NCBI GenBank assembly: GCA_023389255.1
Contig: JAEWER010000037.1
Coordinates: forward strand, 1,833 to 65,832
Direction: 5' to 3'
Source of the DNA: Bacillota bacterium
Lineage (GTDB): Bacteria > Bacillota > Clostridia > Saccharofermentanales > DTU023
Length of the DNA: 64,000 nucleotides
Below the pieces are notes generated by a model. The model saw only the letters and a list, made by a program, of their open reading frames with translations. It did not search any database and was not told where the DNA came from. Positions 58,732 to 64,000 of the stretch are shown here, piece by piece. How positions within the stretch are numbered: the first letter of the stretch is position 1; each line of letters begins with the position of its first letter. A program made the position numbers and the translations under genes.

Positions 58732-59943
58732 TTACTCTGGCATCTCCACCGTAGGCACGCCCTTAGCATTAGGTCCAAAATGCTTAAGTAATACTAAGTC
58801 TTCTGTGGGGCTGGGGTTGCTGATGCGTACTCCCGCGTTAGCTGCTTCTGCCGAAACAAAAAATTCGTCTGAACTCTGTTCGCCAAAACGCAGTAAAGTT
58901 GGCGTTTCACACACATGTGCTCCAAATGTGCCATGTCCTTGAATAAAGATACAGCCATAAGCCACATCATCTTGCATCACTACGCTCTGATTCGGTTTAA
59001 TTACCGTCTCTTTAGCAGATACATATGGATTACCGTAAACAATCCAGCTCTCTTTGTAGCGTTCATCCTCCTGAATAAGTACAGGTGGACGGAAGTAGTG
59101 TTTCTTGTAGTGAGGATCTAAATTCTTCTCCCAATCCAGCAGATCAAACACTGCATCAATATCGCCTTTTTCCTCTGCTGGCAACTCTTCATCTAACATT
59201 TCTGGAGGATAAATCTCACCAGAAACCACATTTTCAAAGACGGAGTTTACATCGGAATTCCATTGTGGCTCGTAAGTCAAAACGGAAGCTGGTGCATGAA
59301 TTACACCCGGAGCAGTGTACCAACCAGTTCCCAATTCCACACGATAGGCACGTGATAACTCGGTGATGCGAGTATCGTCGGTGGCGAACTTACGGATACG
59401 CTCTTTAACTTCTTCTGGTGTAGTATCGGGATCAAAGCCAAAATATGTATAATTTGCTTCGCCAAAATGGTTATTTAACTGTTTAGGGAAGAAATAGCAT
59501 TCTGGCTTACCTAGCTTACCTACACGTGCTGCCTTTTCAAAGGTTAAATGCAGGTGATGAAATAATGGATTCAAGTTATCGAAGAACTTTGAATACATCG
59601 GCCAACCTTGATATTCTGCCCACAGATCTTCACCTACTAACTGTTCTTTTAACTCATCGACAGCTTCTTTGAGCGAAAATTTCTCGTCGCTGTTGTAATC
59701 TACAGCTACATAGCTCAAGCCCTCATCCGGTTTAGCTTTTGGTCCGTTTTGCGCTACGATAGTCGAAGCAAACCAGCGCTCGGTAATAGAACCACGCTCG
59801 ATGCCATAAGCATAATAATCATCTGGATGTAATTTAAGACGGTGTCCTGCTTTGCCAAAACGTCGAGGCACAAATGTTGGCATTAAGCGTAAAATACCTT
59901 GACCTTTAACAAAAGTTTTTCGGATCAATTCAGCTTTAGACAT
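58732..59943 (-). CDS. Class I phosphomannose-isomerase-like cupin sugar isomerase (uncharacterised subfamily)
   Basis: PMI-type blocks recognisable by eye: FHHLHL (cf. QVHP), GKPECYFF (cf. GKtEaWyi), APGVIHAP...TYEPQWNSDV (cf. aGtvHAi...EiQqsSD). 403 aa. Confidence 0.55.
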   Translation of the reverse strand: MSKAELIRKTFVKGQGILRLMPTFVPRRFGKAGHRLKLHPDDYYAYGIERGSITERWFASTIVAQNGPKAKPDEGLSYVAVDYNSDEKFSLKEAVDELKEQLVGEDLWAEYQGWPMYSKFFDNLNPLFHHLHLTFEKAARVGKLGKPECYFFPKQLNNHFGEANYTYFGFDPDTTPEEVKERIRKFATDDTRITELSRAYRVELGTGWYTAPGVIHAPASVLTYEPQWNSDVNSVFENVVSGEIYPPEMLDEELPAEEKGDIDAVFDLLDWEKNLDPHYKKHYFRPPVLIQEDERYKESWIVYGNPYVSAKETVIKPNQSVVMQDDVAYGCIFIQGHGTFGAHVCETPTLLRFGEQSSDEFFVSAEAANAGVRISNPSPTEDLVLLKHFGPNAKGVPTVEMPE

Positions 59944-60365
59944 TAGATAACACCTTTCTGTAAGAGAATGTTAGCGTAGCGTGCTGTTGTGCCTGTCTGC
60001 ACTAACACATAGGATTTTTTCGACAGATCGTAAAAATCGTGACGATCTACTAATTCAACTTGTTCTTGTGTAACTCCTTTTTCAGCTAAAGTCGCAAAGA
60101 ACTCGTCCCAGATTTCGGGTCTATTTTCGGTGGGAAGATGGCGCATCAACACAACGGGATGCTCAACAAACTCATCTATTGGCATCAGCTCCACAATGGC
60201 TTTGAGTAAATCTGTAACTTCAACTCCGGGCAATCTGATTACGCGCTCATTATTGCTAGCTGAGGGGTAATTTGCATCTACTAAAATAATGCGATCTGCA
60301 TGACCCATTTCCATCAAGCATTTCATCAAGTCAGGGGTAATGATGGGTGAAATTCCGTACAACAT
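59943..60365 (-). CDS. RbsD/FucU family sugar mutarotase
   Basis: MLYGISPIITPDLMKCLMEMGHADRIILVDANYPS. ATG at 60365 lies 5 nt after AAGGAG. Its stop overlaps the next gene's ATG (TAATG). Confidence 0.85.
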   Translation of the reverse strand: MLYGISPIITPDLMKCLMEMGHADRIILVDANYPSASNNERVIRLPGVEVTDLLKAIVELMPIDEFVEHPVVLMRHLPTENRPEIWDEFFATLAEKGVTQEQVELVDRHDFYDLSKKSYVLVQTGTTARYANILLQKGVI

Positions 60366-60428
60366 AATTGCTCCTTTAGATAGTAGTGCCAACCATGCCG
60401 TTTAGCGACTGGTGGGCATATGGGAATT

Positions 60429-60454
60429 AGAGAGCACTCCAAAGAGCGCTCTCT
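60429..60454 (-). other. Intercistronic stem-loop between the SBP and mutarotase genes
   Basis: 11-bp stem AGAGAGCACTC/GAGCGCTCTCT (one G-U pair) with a 4-nt loop and no U-tract. Possibly an mRNA stability or processing element. Confidence 0.4.
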
Positions 60455-60463
60455 AAAAGTTAA

Positions 60464-61435
60464 TTATTTTTTGATCATGACGATGTCGATAGGAACTTTA
60501 TCCTCAACAGTCTCGCCTTTCATGAACTTATCGGCACAAACCACAGCTTGTTTGCCCATTTCTACAGTTTGTTGTTCGACAGTGTATAACATTTCACCTT
60601 TATCAACTGCTTCTTTAGCATCGTCGGTTGCATCAAAGCCACCAACTACGATATCTTGACCAGGTTTCTTACCTGCGCCAGAAATTGCCTGAATTGCACC
60701 TAAAGCCATCTCGTCATTAGCAGCAATAATACCTTTGATACCAGGATGTGCTTGTAAAATATCTTCGGTAACTGTCAAACCCTCTGTTCTGTCATAGTTA
60801 GCAGTTTGGTCAGCAACCACGCTTACTTTGTCTTTTAAGACATTCATGAAACCTTGGTAGCGATCGATAGCGGATGATGCACCTAAAATACCTTGTAGCA
60901 CTGCGATATCAGCGCCCTCACCAACTTTAGCTAAGAATTCTTTAGCTGCAGCTTCACCAGCTTTGACGTTATCGGTACCGATGTAGGTGTCGACAGTAAC
61001 ATCTTCTACATAGCGGTCAACAGCGATAACTTTGATGCCTTTGGCTTGAGCATCTTTAACTGCAGGAGCAATAGCAGCTGAATCTTCGGGGTTGATGATC
61101 AGAACTTTGATACCTTTGGAAATTAAATCTTCTACGTCTGAAGTCTGTTTAGCTGAGTCATTATCAGCACTGACTACAGTCAGATCTAAACCCATTTCCT
61201 TAGCAGTAGCTTTGGCGCTATCAGCCATGGAAACGAAGAAAGGATTGTTCAGCGTTGAGATCGAAAAACCGATGGCACCAGTAGCACCCTCTGTCTTAGC
61301 ACCAACAGAAGCTTGAGTGCCTGTACCAGCTGCTTTGGTTGCATCAGTTTTTTGGTCATCAGTTTTAACGCAACCAACCAAGCAACCTACTACTAGCAAG
61401 CTAGCAACGATTAAAGATAATAATTTGCGTTTCAT
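60464..61435 (-). CDS. Sugar ABC transporter substrate-binding lipoprotein (RbsB-like, PBP type I)
   Basis: Lipobox LLVVGCLVGC, followed by GAIGFSISTLNNPFFVSM, typical of ribose-class binding proteins. Confidence 0.85.
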   Translation of the reverse strand: MKRKLLSLIVASLLVVGCLVGCVKTDDQKTDATKAAGTGTQASVGAKTEGATGAIGFSISTLNNPFFVSMADSAKATAKEMGLDLTVVSADNDSAKQTSDVEDLISKGIKVLIINPEDSAAIAPAVKDAQAKGIKVIAVDRYVEDVTVDTYIGTDNVKAGEAAAKEFLAKVGEGADIAVLQGILGASSAIDRYQGFMNVLKDKVSVVADQTANYDRTEGLTVTEDILQAHPGIKGIIAANDEMALGAIQAISGAGKKPGQDIVVGGFDATDDAKEAVDKGEMLYTVEQQTVEMGKQAVVCADKFMKGETVEDKVPIDIVMIKK

Positions 61436-61473
61436 AATTCCTCCTTAAGAAACGAACAATATTGATATCGCAA

Positions 61474-62430
61474 CTAACGGTTGCGATCTGATAACACGGA
61501 AATCAGGATAACTACACCCTTAACCACATCTTGGTAATAGGACGAAACACCCATAACGTTTAGACCATTGCTGAGTACCGCAATAATCAAAATACCGATT
61601 AAAGTACCCGAAATTTTGCCTCTACCACCACTCATACTGGTGCCACCCAAAGCTGTGGCTGCGATAGCATCTAGCTCAAAACCTTGACCCATGGTGGGCT
61701 GCGCTGAGCCACCTAAACGGGATAAGAGAATCAAACCAGCAATAGCAGACATCAAGCCTGAAAGGCTGTAGACAATCATTTTGGTGCGATCGATATTCAC
61801 ACCAGCTAAGCTGGCTGCTTTCGCATTGCTACCCACTGCATAAACATAACGTCCAAAACTTGTTTTATGGAGCAGGAAGAAGAACACAGCAAAAGCGACA
61901 CCTAAAATCCACACAGGTACGGGGATGCCAAGAATGTAACCTTTACCGATAATAGTCAAAAAATACAGTTGATCTGGAGTACCAAGGCGTGAGATGGGTT
62001 TACCGCCACAATAAATCATGTCAATACCACGATAGATAGTCATGGTGACCAAGGTAGCGATAAATGGTTGTAAACGACCTTTGGTGATTAAGAAGCCACT
62101 GATGAAACCGAGCCCAACACCTATTAATAAAACCAGAAACACTGCTGGTACAGTGGGCACACCCGACTTGATAATACCAGCCCCCAGCATGGCGGTCAGA
62201 CCCAAAACGGAACCTACTGATAGATCGATACCTGAAGTCAAAATAACTGCAGTCATACCGAATGCGATTAAGCCATTGATGGATGCTTGGCGAATCAGCG
62301 AAATGATGTTGTCTACGGTAGCGAATTCGGACTTAGCTACACTCATGAAGATCACCAAAAGAATTAAGGCGATCAAAGAACCATAATTACCTAATGCTAT
62401 TTTTCGTTTTAAAAAGACTTTGTCGTTCAT
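61474..62430 (-). CDS. Sugar ABC transporter permease (RbsC-like)
   Basis: 318 aa, polytopic. GIDLSVGS motif of the ribose/xylose-class permeases. Confidence 0.88.
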   Translation of the reverse strand: MNDKVFLKRKIALGNYGSLIALILLVIFMSVAKSEFATVDNIISLIRQASINGLIAFGMTAVILTSGIDLSVGSVLGLTAMLGAGIIKSGVPTVPAVFLVLLIGVGLGFISGFLITKGRLQPFIATLVTMTIYRGIDMIYCGGKPISRLGTPDQLYFLTIIGKGYILGIPVPVWILGVAFAVFFFLLHKTSFGRYVYAVGSNAKAASLAGVNIDRTKMIVYSLSGLMSAIAGLILLSRLGGSAQPTMGQGFELDAIAATALGGTSMSGGRGKISGTLIGILIIAVLSNGLNVMGVSSYYQDVVKGVVILISVLSDRNR

Positions 62431-63917
62431 GCAACCTCTCCTCCAGCCGCTAGTGTCATAATTTTTTCTTGATCGGCTTCAGCTCGCTGTAAAAAGCCAC
62501 TCACTTTGCCCTCACGTACCACCATAATGCGATCGCTCATGCCTAAAACCTCCGGCATATCTGACGATACAAAGATGACGCCAGCTCCTTGCTCAGCCAA
62601 CACATTAATTAGCTGATAAATTTCTTTCTTGGCACCAACATCAACGCCTCTGGTAGGTTCATCTAAAATAAGAACTTTAGGATGGTTGGCAATCCACTTA
62701 GCAAATACTACTTTTTGTTGGTTACCGCCACTGAGTTCCACACATAACTGATGACGATTACTGCATCTAATGCGTAGATCTTGCACATAACTTTCACTCA
62801 AATTAATCTCTTTGTGGCGGTTGATAATAAAACCGTGATCTACAATTTGCTCAATGTTATTCAGTGAGATGTTGCGCTGAATAGAATCTTCGAGCAACAA
62901 ACCTTCTACCTTGCGGTCTTCAGTTATGAAGCCTATTCCCTGGTTTTTCGCTTGTTTGGGATTCTTAATTTGTATCGCTTTACCATCAATTTTGACTGTG
63001 CCCGTAACTCCGTGCATATCGCCAAAGATAGCGTGCATAATCTCTGTTCTGCCCGCACCCATCAAGCCGTAAACACCTAAAACTTCACCCGCCCTAACAT
63101 CAAAATTGATGTCTTGAAAATAGCTAGGATGAGTTAGTTGCTCTACTACAAATTTTATTTCTCCGATCTGGTGCTTGCGCTCAGGATATTGCTCGCCAAT
63201 CTCTCTGCCGATCATCATCCGAACTAGCTCTTGCATATCAGTTTCAGCAATCGGTCTTGTACCAATGTATTCGCCATCACGCAAGACAGTAACTCGATCA
63301 CAGAGCAAAAAGATCTCTTCCATACGGTGAGATATGTAGACGATAGAAACTCCTTGTTGCTTCAGCTGTCTAATAACGCTAAATAAAATTTCTGTTTCAC
63401 TAGCTGAGAGAGCTGCTGTAGGCTCATCCATGATGATAACCTTAGCTTCAGCCATCAACGCCTTGGCAATTTCCACCATCTGTTGTTGACCTACAGATAG
63501 TTGGCTCATAACTTGACTTGGTTTAATTGAAGAACCTAAGCGTTTTAAGATGGCTTCGCATTCCTTGTTCATCTGTGCTTTATTCAGATAGCCGAGAGCG
63601 TTCTTAATCTCCTTACCCAAGAACATGTTTTCTTGCACTGTTAGATCTGGAATAGCATTGTTTTCTTGATAGATAAAGACAATACCAGCCTTTTCTGCTT
63701 CTCGCGGATGCTTAAATTCAACTTCTTGACCATCTACTTTAACCACACCAGCATCTCTCTTATAGACACCAGTCAAGATCTTCATCAAAGTTGACTTGCC
63801 CGCACCATTTTCTCCCATCAAAGCATGCACTTCGCCATCTCTTATTTCTAGACAGGCATTTTGCAAAACTTTGACCGTAGAAAAGGCTTTGTCTATTCCT
63901 TTCATTTCAATTTGCAT
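62427..63917 (-). CDS. Sugar ABC transporter ATP-binding protein, duplicated (RbsA-like)
   Basis: Two cassettes: GENGAGKST/LSVGQQQMVEIAKAL/IIMDEPT and GLMGAGRTE/LSGGNQQKVVFAKW/LILDEPTRGVD. Confidence 0.92.
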   Translation of the reverse strand: MQIEMKGIDKAFSTVKVLQNACLEIRDGEVHALMGENGAGKSTLMKILTGVYKRDAGVVKVDGQEVEFKHPREAEKAGIVFIYQENNAIPDLTVQENMFLGKEIKNALGYLNKAQMNKECEAILKRLGSSIKPSQVMSQLSVGQQQMVEIAKALMAEAKVIIMDEPTAALSASETEILFSVIRQLKQQGVSIVYISHRMEEIFLLCDRVTVLRDGEYIGTRPIAETDMQELVRMMIGREIGEQYPERKHQIGEIKFVVEQLTHPSYFQDINFDVRAGEVLGVYGLMGAGRTEIMHAIFGDMHGVTGTVKIDGKAIQIKNPKQAKNQGIGFITEDRKVEGLLLEDSIQRNISLNNIEQIVDHGFIINRHKEINLSESYVQDLRIRCSNRHQLCVELSGGNQQKVVFAKWIANHPKVLILDEPTRGVDVGAKKEIYQLINVLAEQGAGVIFVSSDMPEVLGMSDRIMVVREGKVSGFLQRAEADQEKIMTLAAGGEVA

Positions 63918-63926
63918 AGTTACCTC

Positions 63927-64000
63927 TTAGTAGCGAACTTGCCAATAGTCGTGCAATGCTTGGCGCACCACTTGGTAAGCTCGATATTTTTGTTCATATA
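63927..64000 (-). CDS. 3' end of an unidentified upstream gene (continues beyond the window)
   Basis: My translation of the minus strand gives ...YEQKYRAYQVVRQALHDYWQVRY, with a stop at 63929..63927, 9 nt before the ABC ATPase start. The fragment is too short to assign. Confidence 0.35.
   Translation of the reverse strand, partial: YEQKYRAYQVVRQALHDYWQVRY

Overview
The window is a mostly minus-strand stretch of a Gram-positive (Firmicutes-like) chromosome using the standard genetic code (TGA is a stop). Its backbone is the S10-spc ribosomal-protein cluster, rpsJ through rplO and secY (20.5-31.3 kb). Housekeeping genes flank it: pyrG, infA, map, adk, ileS, ppdK, glyQS, rpoZ, gmk, remA, yicC, uvrC and rsmE. 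There are also several transport and sugar loci.

I found no tRNA, rRNA, CRISPR array, transposase, integrase or recognisable defence genes. I cannot point to a clear-cut novel system. The strongest candidates all relate to how the conserved secY-adk-map-infA block has been broken:
1. A 9.07-kb gene for a 3,022-aa LPXTG/MucBP surface protein sits as its own terminator-bounded unit between secY and adk. It has an A14 tract upstream and four divergent ~1.1-1.5-kb super-repeats.
2. An island carrying a regulator, a PTS EIICB, an Rpe-like epimerase and an M29 aminopeptidase sits between map/KOW and infA. This could be an undescribed sugar-conjugate catabolic module.
3. infA is followed by a terminator and pyrG instead of rpmJ-rpsM-rpsK-rpsD-rpoA-rplQ.

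Other notable points:
- rpmD (L30) is out of frame by one nucleotide.
- The S10 leader is ~255 nt, with a near-consensus promoter and an internal intrinsic terminator.
- A Crh-type HPr paralogue (Gln15/Ser46) is translationally coupled to uvrC.
- L16, L22 and the RNAP omega subunit carry unusually long extensions.
- An rbs-like ABC locus is linked to a FucU/RbsD mutarotase and a 403-aa PMI-like cupin.

All calls come from reading the supplied ORF translations and the DNA by eye. No database search was run.
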